Assembly: GCA_024137785.1 (NCBI GenBank)
Contig: JAHRHZ010000140.1
Span: forward strand, 31,846,930 to 31,910,929
Length of the DNA: 64,000 nucleotides
Source of the DNA: Ginglymostoma cirratum
Lineage: Eukaryota
Direction: 5' to 3'
The notes below the pieces were generated by a model. That model was not told the origin of the DNA. It searched no databases and worked only from the letters and a program-made list of their open reading frames with translations. Shown one piece after another: positions 11,828-24,265 of this stretch. Numbering within the stretch: position 1 is the first letter of the stretch; every line of letters starts with the position of its first letter. A program made the translations under genes and the position numbers.

Positions 11828-12629
11828 TTGATATTAATGAAATTTGTATTCACTTGGTTAACTGGTGTAACACACACCTTTTTTTTGTTTCGTAAGCAGT
11901 TTTGCCAAGGATTACCTGTCTATGTGGCTATCAAAAGCTGTCCTCTTGTCGCCAAACCCCACACCCCACTATATCCATGCCTGTCATTGGCCTCCAGATT
12001 CGGGCAATTAGAGGCCTCAGCAACTTATCATGCAGCTCACGCTAGTTAACAAGACAGGAAACCAGCCAGCTGTCCTGCCCATCAGGAAGGCAAGCACAGT
12101 CGGTTCTGCTTTAACGTGTGTTCCAGCAGCGTGAATTGGCTATAACGCAACTGATAATTAGGGGAATGCTATTTCTAAGACATGAACTTGTGTTGGCTAT
12201 AATGCGATTCTACTGGTGCATGGAGGAGTGCACATCGAGGTCACATAATCATTTTGCGGGCTTTGCCCTGAGCATGAGCAATGTTAGCACTGAAAGAGTC
12301 TCTGCTCTGGCATCATATGATCGTTTCGCAGGCTTTGTCCCGAGTCCCTCTATGAAGACCTCTCTACAGCTGATCATCAACAATTTGTTGCTCAGGGGAA
12401 AGTGCAAGCTGGAGATGAAGAAGATGAAGTCCAGGATGCAGTACCATGAGAACTTTCCACTTCTGTTTAGTCTTCTGTCCTGGGGAAATTGAGAAGCAGT
12501 TGCAGCTGTTAAAAGACAATGATTTCAATGCAGAACGCAGCAGGGTAGCAGTTCAGGGAATAAGATCTTATTTGGCACCCTATGAACAGCTTCTTCATGA
12601 TAAAGGAAAAGGGCAAAGCAGCAAAAACT

Positions 12630-12712
12630 AGATAACAAGGTGTAGAGCTGGTTGAACACAGCAGGCCAAGCAGCATCATAGGAGCAGGAAAGTTTGACGT
12701 TTCGGGCCTAAA
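12630..12712 (-). mobile_element. Short Penelope tail fragment inserted in the Tigger element
   Basis: gataacaaggtgtagagctgg...tttgacgtttcgggcctaaa, same family as 1-213; flanked by an aaaact duplication. Confidence 0.8.
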
Positions 12713-12831
12713 ACTGGATGTCTTGTTTAAGCCAACCCCCAAGAAATAGTCATAAGACAATGAACCACAGCCATCTACTTCTGGATTATCTATTTTTTGC
12801 CCTAACCCTGCAATCACAACTGCACCGAAGG

Positions 12832-12862
12832 GTGATGATAATGATGATGATGATGATGACGA
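12832..12862. repeat. (GAT)n microsatellite, imperfect
   Basis: gtgatgataatgatgatgatgatgatgacgac. Confidence 0.85.
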
Positions 12863-13745
12863 CCCTCAGCCCCTGCATTAACAATAGAACAACCTCAAAA
12901 CTGCATCCCCATCAAGTCATCTTGACATTTTATCAAGATTAGGTGTTAAATTTACTTTTATTTCATTATTAGATACGAATTAAACATTTATTCAAAATGT
13001 GCTATCCTTTGTATTAGGCTTTTGCGTGATTTTTGAGCGATATTTTTTGGTTGCTTGCCCCTAACCCCACTTTTCCTATTGGCCTCCTTAGGCGCAGTAA
13101 CGCAACTATCGCGTTATATTAGAACTGATTGTAATCAGCGAGGTAGAGAGCTTAGGTCCTTTGATGCCCAATAATTGACTATTTAGCAGCCTTAACTGAT
13201 GGTGGGTTGAGAAAGTCTCCAGTGGACTTTCTCAGCCAGGATTTAATTGGTGAGAAGATGAGAAGGCACGAGTATCTGTCTAAGGCCAACTTATCCATTT
13301 ATTTGCCCTTCTCACCACCTCTAGGGTTTCGGAGGTGCAGGAAATTCTACCCTATCGCACAATGTAATTTGCAAATAACATTGTCAACTAGGGGTTGTGC
13401 CATTCCTATATTGCAAGTAATTTTCAGATGTTACTTTGAAAGATAACAAATTCCAGTCCTGCTAATTCAATGAAAGCTGAACAGACTGTCTTAACTCATT
13501 AGGTCAATATTCCAAGGTTTGCAGAATATTATAGTGCCTGCTGATCTCCCTGGTGAGTCTTATTTCAAGTTTTATTTATTACCATCTAAACCATGAAATA
13601 TTCTATTTGAGTCACATTTAATAAGCTTACCTTACAGAGTATAAAAAAGTAAAAAGTTTTTTACTGAAAAAGCAATATAATATTCAGATATGTCAAAGAA
13701 AATTAACAAAAATAAACAGACCTAAAGGATTCTGCAATCATTAAA

Positions 13746-13808
13746 ACACACAGACACACAGACACACAGACACACAGACACACAGACACACAGAGACACA
13801 CACACACG
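13746..13808. repeat. (ACACAGAC)n / (AC)n microsatellite
   Basis: About six 8-bp units followed by an (AC)n run. Confidence 0.92.
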
Positions 13809-14210
13809 ACAGAGCCTATTTTGGATGTAAAGGAATCTCATTACATTGACAAAACATGATTACAATAAATTTACATAATTAAAACCAAGTGAGAAGTGGT
13901 AAATTACTTAAAGAAGAAGTTGAATAGTTTAGAGACATGACTTTGGAAAAGACAGTCGAAAACTGGGATCCACAGCAGGCAGTTCTCTGTTGAAACTTGA
14001 AGGACAGGATTTTGAGGCCAAAGTGATGGGACTGGAAGTGAGTGAGCCAAGAATTTCACGCCATTGGATGATATGCCGACAACATCCTACCCGTAAGCCA
14101 TGTAACATAATTAAACCGTATACTAGGACCCATTTCTGTACCAAGACCATGTCCAATACTGAAACTGAAGCATAGCCAGTGAGATGTGGTGGCACCCAGA
14201 TGGTGATCGC

Positions 14211-16100
14211 TTTCATGTTAATGATAATGATCTAATAACTAATCACTCAATGGGGATTAATTAACTCCATGGGTTAGTTTATTAGAAACATTAAAATATG
14301 CAAGTTGTGAAGCAGTTATGAGCCTGATACATATACATGTGCTTTATTCCAGATCTTTCCATAACCTGGAAGTCTTTTCATTTGACTGATGAAGAGGACC
14401 TTGAAGTTCACCTGCTGTCTTTCTTTCTCTTTGAGCTCTTCATTCATCTTTTTGAATGGAGCAGCAGTACACCCTAAAGACTTTATCATTTGTCAAAGCT
14501 CATAACCTTACGTTTGGATTTATCCTGAGCAAGTTGTTCAGCCTTTTCCTCCTGATCTTTTATTTTGCTTTCCACAGCAGAGAGCAGAGGATTTTAGCTC
14601 CACTAATTCAGAAGAATGTGAATTGTTCCATTCCTCATTCATAATCTGCAGCAGTTTCTGTTGTATCACTGATGTCTGACTCCATGGATTGTGACTAGTG
14701 AAAGGTCACAGAATGATGTACATCTCCAATTGTTGGTCCAGCAATGACTAAGATGTAAAACACCTGCAACATCCAGGCAAATTGATTGTACTTGCTCTCC
14801 ATCAGTGTTAATCCTGCACATGGAGTTGGGGAAACATTGTGTGCTCTCCGTTTTACATTCATAAGTTTATCATGGTCACCCATGTCTGTGGGCACTTTTT
14901 TTAAAAAATATAGTATACAGGGATAGCACTTACCTTTGTGTCAATCTTAGCCAATAACGAACAGTGTGAATTTAACATTCACTCCTATTAGTCTCTTTGC
15001 GTATACTATCAGATCCTATCTGCTGTTCACTTCCTGTATACCCCTCTGACAGGATTCCAGATGATCTTTATTGTAGCTTGAAGCAAGGCTCTTTCGTTCA
15101 GAACATTGTATCTGTCACTAGCTTTTGCTATCACATGCCTGGCAAAATTGACTGAAATTTGGGCATTTCCATGGTGCATGCAGAACGGCATATCTTCCAT
15201 ATATACATGGTTGGCTGTTCTGTTGATTGACTCGATCATCATGTTTGTATTTAACATCTGTAAATTTCTTCTACATGCAAGGATTGCATTGTACTTTTGT
15301 CCATCATTCAGTAACTCTTCATTCGTATAAATCTTTGGTTAGTCTAATGTTCTGGGAAAGGGATCCACGTGATCATCAAATTGACAATTCCGTTTGCTAG
15401 CCACCATCTGAAAAAAATCAGGTAATTAGCTTTTTTCTCTGCATCTGCTCCAAAGTGATGTGTGAATTCTGTACGCTTATGAATTTTAGTTGATGACTAC
15501 AGAATTTTAATCTGACTCAAATTGTGTTTCGTAACTTTTGGGAATCTTTTAGCTCTTCGGCCTTTGGTCCGTATGTTAAGTCTGGGTAGACCTCAGTTTC
15601 CAATTGATAAACACATCTTAATGGCTTGCTTTTCTGCAACGGATATACACAAATCTGGAAACTAAAACTCTGAATGCTGTTTAGACACTTTAAATTCTGT
15701 TAGGAGATCTGCTGCATCCCAATTTAACTTCAGGAATTTTGCAGACATTCTGACAGTACATCATTGGCAGAATGCCTTGCTTGCTTTTTATATGACAGAT
15801 ACTAATCATTTGCCTTTCTCAAGTAAGTTAAATGCTGTAATGAATAAATATATTGATGATTGTCTGATGCGCTTTAGCATATTTTAATATCATCAGCTAT
15901 GTGTTTTGGTGGTAGAATAACATGCTTACAGACTATTCAAACATGCTAGGCCCATAAAGGTGACAATTTTCACCACTAGCCACCATGTCATGTTAATGAT
16001 AATGGTTTGAATGATAAAATCATTCATTAGGGATTGATTAACTTGGAGTGTTAATTTATTAAAAACACATAGGTTATGAAGCAGATATTACAGCGAACCA
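14211..16100 (-). mobile_element. Decayed Gypsy-type LTR retrotransposon (two LTR-like direct repeats, PBS, gag-like relic)
   Basis: Diverged direct repeats catgttaatgataatg...gattaact...tttatta...tgaagcag at ~14211-14320 and ~15986-16095. On the minus strand ...catgaCA is directly followed by TGGTGGCTAGTGG (PBS-like). Broken gag-like readings at ~15560-15720. Confidence 0.55.
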
Positions 16101-17539
16101 ATTGATATCACCATGAAAGCAGACTAATTACCAGGCCTTGTTGCATCATTGAAATACATGGAATCCCTAAAGGAAAACTCTTAGAGGCAAGGTACATATA
16201 CAACAATTGCTGGCTATCCAATGGTAAGCATGGTGTCTGGCCAGCTCGCCTAAAATAGTCTTGCGTAATTGTTCCTGCTATGGTGCAGTGTTGAGATCAG
16301 TATTTGATTATAACCCCAAAAGGAAAGTACAGCCTATGGAATCTATGAAATCAGGGTGATTCAATGCCATTAAATATAAAGAAGTTACAAAAGAAGTCTG
16401 TTTCAAGAATTGTGTGTGTACATATGTAAATTTCCCTTACTTTAGGAGAATTCAGCATCCAGAATAACAACAATTGGTAATGTTTCAGTCCTCTGGTGTA
16501 CTTTCTCGAACTTTTAGGGTCTTGTATCCAAGTAAGATTTGTACAAGTCCATGGTCCTAAAATGAAAGTTCACTTATCAAGAGGCACAGGTGCAAACATC
16601 TTCTCAATACACACATCCAGAAGCCCAGACCAAGAATGTCAATTTTGAACCTTTAGCTCACAGGATCATTTTTTTCTTTAGCTCGATCAATATTGTATTT
16701 CATCCTTTAGCAGTTTTAAGATCTTGATTTAAGCTGTCAATGTTAGTTTTGTTTCTGTTAAACTTCTCTTCCTAGCATCACTTTTCACAGTAACTGCACT
16801 GCCTCTTTGCAGGTTTTTCTCAGAAGTTGTGTATGATTATTATGTCCATGGTCTGAGTTGTTGAAAATGCAACTTTCATTAGTCTCTCCATCATAGAATT
16901 GGTGAAAACAACATCATTGTCAGGTTTACCTTTCTCTGATAACAAACTAAAGATCAGCTAGTATTTTTAGGGCCTTCCTACCAATACTGGTAACTCAAGT
17001 AGCAGCTTTGACAGCTTTTCACTGCTTAATGAGACACGATGCAATCTTATAGTCCTCCATATTCTCCAAACCTTGAACATATTCTCTTAATGATTTTGCA
17101 ATTGCTATCCAGAATTTTTGCTACTTATTGTTATGTCAAAAATCTTGGCATGAATTTCCACTCAGCTGTACTTTTTTTTAATGGACGCTGTCTGAAAGGA
17201 ACAAAATGGGACAAGCTAATTAGGCACCTTTTGAAAGCCAAGATGGGAGAAATTGGCTAACCCCTGATAACTGGCGTGAGGTTGTGATACGTGATTAACC
17301 CATTTTTCTTTGTCAGCAGCATTTTACATTTGTGCTGCTTGCTCCATTAAATACCCGCTCCTCCATTGACTCCATACATCAATGGGGGACTAACACGTTG
17401 AGTGGCTAGCATACTCAAAGGCAACCTGGACCTCTTAAACAGGTGAAGCATTGTGGCTGGAGGAAACATTGTGAATTATTTTTCAAAAGTCAATTTGGGC
17501 TGTGACACTTTGAGCAATAGCTATAACAGATTCAGTGCC

Positions 17540-17750
17540 AAGATATTCAAAGAATGCACTGGATGTCTTGGTAGGTGAGAAGAAAAGAAGGAGAGACGTG
17601 TATTCGTAGGGAACAAGAGGCCCTCTAGGCATTTATATGCTCAGGAGACATTGGGAAAAAAACAATGATGGAGGAGGTTGCTGGAGGTGATGCTGCAAGA
17701 AAGTAAATGCAATAAAAGAAGAAGTTTAAACACCACAAATGAGTTGTCTA
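17540..17750 (+). mobile_element. Relic of a Harbinger/PIF Myb/SANT-like ORF
   Basis: Frameshifted readings ALDVLVGE...RRRDV...KRP...EEVA...KKFK resemble Harbinger-associated Myb/SANT (NAIF1-like) proteins. Confidence 0.4.
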
Positions 17751-17994
17751 AGTGAGAGAGTTCATCTTCAAATGGCTATTTTTTACCAACTACCCAACCA
17801 CCGATCAGTTCTCTATATCTCTGTCACCCACCTATGACAATCTTTATCAATAAGTACTCCACAATAAAACTTGTATGCTTGGCCTTATTCTGACGCACTT
17901 TGCACTGTTGGTATCATCACACCCAAATATCACAGCTATTTAACCATGACAACCACGTTATATATTGTTGGACACTCGCTAACTTCCCTAATAA

Positions 17995-18150
17995 AATTGA
18001 AATACTGTGGGTGCTGGAAATGTGAAACAAACATGGAGAATGCTTGACGAGCTCAGCAAGTCTGGCAGCATCTGTGGAGAGAGGCACAGAGTTATTGTTT
18101 TGAATCCTGTATGACTCTTCTTCAGAATTCTAACTTCTCTGTTTCTCAGA
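17995..18150 (-). mobile_element. Penelope-derived tail, older subfamily, degenerate hammerhead motif
   Basis: aatactgtgggtgctggaaat...ctcagcaagtctggcagcatctgtggagag...agagtt...gactcttcttcagaa. Minus strand has CTGAAGA-agagtc...gattc-AAAA. Confidence 0.7.
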
Positions 18151-20819
18151 GGAGAAAGCAACAACAAAGAACTGGAAAACAAGTGTGTCTTTATCTTTTA
18201 CTCCCATGGAGGAGTTGATGCTGGGTATTCGGCATCACTGAGGTCATGGCTATTGGTGAGGTTGAAGGAATTGACGACGAGGGTTTCTATACCTAATGAT
18301 CCATTGTTTATCTCACTTCTCCTTCATTCCACAGTCTGTCCTGGTTCACAACCTGAAGATGGCATAAGCTTTCATACTTTAAACAGTCTTCATTTCTGCC
18401 CACTCCTCACCACAACCTACAGCTCTTAAACATGCAGAACACACTGCTTGGAAGAAACATTGGGAGCTACATTTTCCTTTCAGTCATCCATGGACCTTTC
18501 CAGACAGGGAGAGAGAAAAGAAAACAGAGATGATGAGGAGACTCCATCTTGTACTTGTTCCCATCAGCAACACCTGACTCTGCATGTTATTTCAGAACCA
18601 GAATAATGAAGAGCTCTGCATGTCTGGACAAGGCACAAGTAGCGCAGAAGACAAAGTGAAGTGAAATGATCGTTCAAATGATCACTCACTGACAGCCAAG
18701 ATATTGGTTTTAGCCGCTGCAGCAATCTGGAAGCAGCTAGAAACAAAGTTAAGAACCATTGTCACCTTCACAGCTACAAGACTAACCCTTAACTCTAACA
18801 TTGTCCTTGCCTTGCCCCTGCTCTAAGGTTGTAGTATGCCCACAGTAGATGACAGATTTCAGTCATAAACTGTCTCATAATGGAAAAATATCTCAAGCAT
18901 TAGACCTCATTGAATTTAAGGCGAGAAAAGTGTTTTTGTTTCGCAACCTTCAGTGAATAAGACCTTTCCCTTAAAATCCTTCTTTTCCTCCTTTTCTCAA
19001 ATCTAGAAACATATCCTTTGTGCAGCCTTTCTTCATTCCACCAATTATGCTCAACTTCCAGAAGGAGTTGTACCAGGCCACCAATGGTGAAAACAGTATG
19101 TTTCAGCATAGTCTTTTAAATCAAAAAGATAAATCCTGGAAGATAAACTGAAGACTTTGTGAGGAAAGCAATGTTTTGAAGAGCTCTGGGAGATTGAAAC
19201 CAAAAATTAGCTGCGTCGACTACCTGAAAAATTTGCAACGTTGATTTCTACTGTAGGTCATAGTTTCTACTAAATTTGCCTGTCAATTCTGGTTTAGTTT
19301 ATTCTGTTTTGTTTTTATTTGATTGTTCTAGTCAATATTTTTGGAAGTAGAAATCTCATAATTTTGTTTCTTTCTATTGGGGTTGTTTGGAGAATTTGGT
19401 TCTTTCATATTATTGGTCTCCATGGAGATTGTTAAATGGTTAATAATGAACAGAGTGGAATCCTGACATATGGTCCAAAAAAAGTGACTCTGTCTTATTG
19501 TTGACTACTTTCTTTGGAAACTTAGTGAAATCACAGGTGAACAATGTAATAGTTACCTCTTGAATGCAATTCTGACCCTAAGGTTCTCCTGCTTTTCAGG
19601 AGGCATTGTACAACATTGAAGGAAAAGCAGTTGTAACTTTCACAGGTAGAGACAGAGCAGGCCTGTGCTGTAGTGGTCTCTGAAGCCTGGTTACAGGTCT
19701 GTGCAGAGTTCAGTGAAGGCTTTCTATGAATCTTAATTTGCACTGACAAATCTCCTCATTATAGATATAGATAAAATGCTTTAGTTCAGTATACACAAGT
19801 GTCAGTATAAGACATGTCTGCAGGGGCAGTGTGAGGTGCAATCACACCTGTCTTTCTTGGCTCCACTGATCCCCAACTGCCCCTTCAGAAAATGCAAATA
19901 AAGTAGCATGCCCATGGGAACATCTATACCTGGAAGGTATGGAGCTGTCTAGCAACTATAGCTATGGTGACAGTCTCTGACACAAAAAAAATCAGTATAG
20001 ATTTACAGTAGCAATTGGGAACTCTATGTGTTAATCCAAGAATTTCCCTTGTAGTACATGGGCAGCATGATACTGAAACATATGGATAGATAACAGGAGG
20101 ACTCACAATGCTCTTTCACAACATGGACTTCACTAGCTTAAACCAAATGGTTAGCCGATCAAATGATGCTCCTGGATCACATTACTTGTAGGCTCTTCAA
20201 TTAAATTAAATTATAGGGTATTATGAAGGTGAAATCATCTTCGGGAAAATAATGTTGATAACAAATAGATAGACTGCGTCAAATTATGCTGGATTTTAGT
20301 TTTTCATTAAATTTATGGAGAAGAAAATTGGGTGGGTGCGGGGGTTTGGGGTGAAACAAGCTATTATATCACTTGGTCTGCTTTACAGATGCTATTGACT
20401 TGTAGGTGATGGGGAGTCTTTGGTGAGCCACTCACAATAGAACACCTTATCAAAGAGCATTATGAAAGTACCTTTATCACATAGGCTGCAGTGGTCCAAG
20501 AAGAATGTTCACCATCATATTATGAATGAGCAATAAAGATCTAAATTCCAGGATTTTTTTAAAATAAATCTCCATGATTGAACAATCCTTTCAAATTGGG
20601 AGCTAAGACAAATGTAGCTTAAAAACTGTTTTTTTTTCCCTGCAGTAATCAAGGTTTAATTGAATGTTGCCAGAGGTGTTACAGCATTATTATCCCACAG
20701 TTTTACTCATCCTGTTTAGACTGAGATAGTGTAAGCTATCATGATCACACAATAGGGTGACCAATGCAACAGCATTTACAATAATCATCTTCAGTAACCA
20801 CTTAAAAGGCTATTGCAGA

Positions 20820-21230
20820 ACTATTGCAGAAAAATCCTGGAGCTTTCTAATAACGCTATTGTTTCACCTGAATCCCAAGGACTGCAGTGGTTCAAGAAGA
20901 CATCTCACCACCACTTTCAAATGCAATTAGGGTTGGGCAATAAATGCATCTGCAAGATCCACTGTACAAAATCACCAAGGACTCTTAGATATCACTCACC
21001 ATACCCATGATCTCAACACCCATAAAAGAGAAGGGAAGCATGGTCCCCTCCAATACATACACCATTCTTACTTGGAACTACATCAATATTCCTTCACAGT
21101 CGCTGGCTCAAAAACCTGAAACTGTCTGCCCAACAGCAGTAAGTGCTGTTATATTACATGGGCTGCAATATTGCAAGAAGGTAGCTCACCGCCATCTTCT
21201 CAAGTAAATGCTGGCCTTGTTGATAATGTT
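20820..21230 (+). mobile_element. L2/CR1-type LINE 3' fragments (tail shared with the SacSINE1-like SINE)
   Basis: Two copies of ggactgcagtggttcaagaag...ctcaccaccac...gggcaataaatgc type tails, plus aaaatcctgga and cttggaactacat upstream motifs. Confidence 0.65.
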
Positions 21231-21259
21231 CATTACTGACAAATAACTAAAAATAAACC

Positions 21260-21790
21260 AGCACAGCAAGCAGTTAGGATGGTAAACAGTATGTTGGGCT
21301 CCATTAAAAAAAATTGGAGTCAAGGATATGGAAGCGTTGTTATAATTTGGAGACCATCACTGGCGCAGTATGTACTCTTTGACCTCTGGCCCTTATATAA
21401 ACAGTATGCATGTTGCAACAAAATGTCACGAGATTCACTGCTAGATGAGAAGTTGTCCAAGGGAAGAATTTGAGTACAATGAGTTTCTTCTCTCAGAAGT
21501 TGAGAAGAATAAGTGATAACCAGGTTTAAACCCATAAAATTCTGAGAGAGCTTGACAGAAGAGTGTCGAGGGGCTGCTTTCCTCAGCTGAACGATGTACA
21601 ATAAGAAAGGATAGTAACAGGATAAAGTGATAACCATTTAAGACTAAGCAAAGAATTTTCTTCACTCAGATTACAAATCTTGGAATTTTCAGGTATGAAT
21701 AATTTTTTAGTGTCAAAGGGAATCAAGATTTAGGAATGGCAGAGCAGGCTCGGGGGCTGTATGCCCTATTCTTTTTCCTATTACTTATGC
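21260..21790 (+). mobile_element. CR1 LINE 3' end, diverged
   Basis: cagcaagcagttaggatggtaaacagtatgttgg...tcttggaatt...atggcagagcaggctcgggggctgtatgccctattc, typical CR1 ORF2 end and 3' UTR. Confidence 0.7.
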
Positions 21791-22379
21791 CATTAAGTTC
21801 ATAAAATGGTTAGACCAGGCCAGTCTCCTGAATTGGATGCTGACTGACCTACCACCATTGTGACATCATACAGCTCTCACATTACCCCAATATGTTGTTC
21901 CCATGGCAATTTTATTTCCCCCAATACAGCAAGCTGAGAACTGTTTCCTCTCCCATCCTACATGCACCCAGCAAGAGGAGAAATCATAGAAAACTGATCT
22001 TCACACAATTCAATGAAAGAAAGTAGGAAGTACTCTACTACGAGGTAATAACCATAGAATGAATAATTAATATGAATCAGAACACATGCAAATACACAAT
22101 CTAAAATCTAGTGATCATCGATGCCTACTACTTACTTTTACTATGCGCCAGCATCTTAAGTGTTCAAAGTATAATGAATCAAGTTCCCCGTTATCTTTCA
22201 AGTATGCAAACAGCTCATATGAAACTGGCATGTGACTAGCTTAAACTTTGAAAGTTGGTTTTATGGCATTAGAATTTTCAATGCTAGTTGTAAATAAAAA
22301 ATACTTCAGCTTCTAATATAATTTGTTATTCTATTTATTCTTGTTACTTCCAACTTACCTTTAATAGGGCTTAATCTTT

Positions 22380-22700
22380 GCAGAAAGTCACTTGCGGGTT
22401 ATTTTGTCAAGCACTTTTTGGAAATCTTTCACCTCCATTGCATTCCCACTGTCTCTGTTTTGTAATCACCTAGAAGAATTGGATTAACTTAGTCAAGCGT
22501 GACCCGCCCTTACCAATTTGTGTTGATTGCCCCAATTAGAGCACACCTTTCTAAGTGTTCACTAATGTTATCATTTTTATGGTTTCCAGCAGCTTTCCTA
22601 CTAATAACATGAGACTAACAGTCCTTAATTCCCCAGCTTATATCTTTCCTTTTTATTTCTGCAGTGGTGTAACACTTTCCAAACTTCAGTCTTCTTCCAA
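22380..22700 (-). mobile_element. CR1 reverse-transcriptase fragment
   Basis: Minus strand gives broken VSL..VGKLLETI, KGGSRLTKLI.F and DFQKVLDK motifs of a non-LTR RT. Confidence 0.65.
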
Positions 22701-24079
22701 AGAAATTGGACATTTACTGTTAGCATCTCCATTATTTCATGACTATTCTGAAGAGGTAATTATCAAATATGTTAGACTGGGAAAGACATTCTGATATTCC
22801 ATTCAGTTTCAAGACCTTCTGAAGAAAGCATTCATTCTCACAGTGGCAGCCCAGTGTAAATAACAAGAGATACAACAAATTACCAAATTTAAGTTTTATT
22901 TCTCCTGCCCAAACATCTTTGAAACTTCAGGCTACTATTTGAAAAGCAAAAGGTCCATTTCACCCAACATTGCATTCTTGGTTAAAATAATACTGATGGT
23001 TTGTAGAGAAGTTTGGCAGTATGCTATGACTCAAGAGGCAGGCATTCCAAAAATATGTTCATTGTTGTATTCAGGATGTTTTCCCCGCATTTCTTTGGAA
23101 AGCATGCTATTACTGTGTTAGAATCAGAGCATTGCAAAATCCTTTTTTTAATAAGCAACACAGTTTTCCATTATCACTACACTGGAGAAAGAGACGGTAT
23201 TTGAAAGCACTAAGGAAGACTAGACTTACGACAACAGAAGAATCTGACCATCTTGACTCTATCGACACAAATAAATGTATGGGCCTAAGCATTTTACCAT
23301 GACATTTTCTAAGAGTTTTCTCTCAGATGACTCAGATTCAGTTATGAGACTTTAGAGGAACACTTTTGTTTTCCGCAGCCAGACCTACAACATGCATAGC
23401 TCCGCAATATTAGGGGAAGGGATCACAACTGCCGTTCAGCAAAAGACTCATTGCAAACAGCCTCAGCACACTTGACAGACCAACCAATTTTTTGTCTATT
23501 TCTCTGAAAGGCAAGTCTCTCGTATTCTTTTTCCAGTAACAGTTCAATTCATATCATCTTACAATGCCCCCACATAAATAATTGGGGGCACCTTCAATTT
23601 TTTTTCCTGAATTGCCTTATTCCCTAACTTTTCAGGATGTTGTTTGCACTTAAGTAACATTGCATGCCCACATGTAACCCCCTGAAATTATCTGAACTTA
23701 AATTTGCAGCTCGTTCGTGATGACAGGTAGAAGTTCACAACATATTGCATACTTTTCAACGATTATGCTTAGATCTGTGTCTCAGCTTATTTCAAGGACA
23801 GGGCCAATACAGCTACTGGATGAAAAAGGATCCATGCTACTCCACATACCATTAAGTCTCTTCTTGGGACCACTACTGCAGAGGAACATTGCAATAAAGC
23901 ACCCATGAAGAAAATGACAAGAATTACTATATCACTTGGATAGTACAAGACAAGTTTTGTGGTCTCAGTAGGTCTACAGTTGTACTGGAATACGCACTCA
24001 GCACTGGATTAGAAACTTAATTTTGTCTACTTAGGCACAAAACAGGCATCTAAGGATCCAATACAGTGCAGAACAGATA

Positions 24080-24265
24080 GCAGCATGGTGGTAATGTCAC
24101 TGGACTATTGATACAGAGGCTCAGGCTAATGTTTTGAGGAGGCATGGGTTCAAATTTCACCATGGTGGAATGTCAATTAAAACATTTAGCTTGGTGGTAA
24201 TGCCCCTATCTCTGGGCCGGAAGGTCTGGGCTCAAGTCCCACCTGCCCCAATATGTCGATTAAAA
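24080..24265 (+). mobile_element. Two adjacent SINE 5' heads (SacSINE1-like, then a second tRNA-SINE)
   Basis: gtggtaatgtcactggacta...catgggttcaaatttcaccatgg, then ggtggtaatgcccctatctctgggccggaaggtctgggctcaagtcccacctgc. Confidence 0.65.

Larger units (their letters stand above)
12097..13131 (+). mobile_element. Tigger/pogo-family DNA transposon, internally deleted
   Basis: TIRs cagtcggttctgctttaacgtg (12097) and cgcgttatattagaactgattg (ends 13131, followed by TA). Internal reading NDFNAERSRVAVQGIRSYLAPYEQLLHDK...AKQQKLDVLFKP resembles a pogo transposase C-terminus. Confidence 0.75.

Noticed and set aside
13746-13808. CRISPR-like or prokaryotic repeat array
   Set aside because: Simple microsatellite without spacers; the window is vertebrate DNA.
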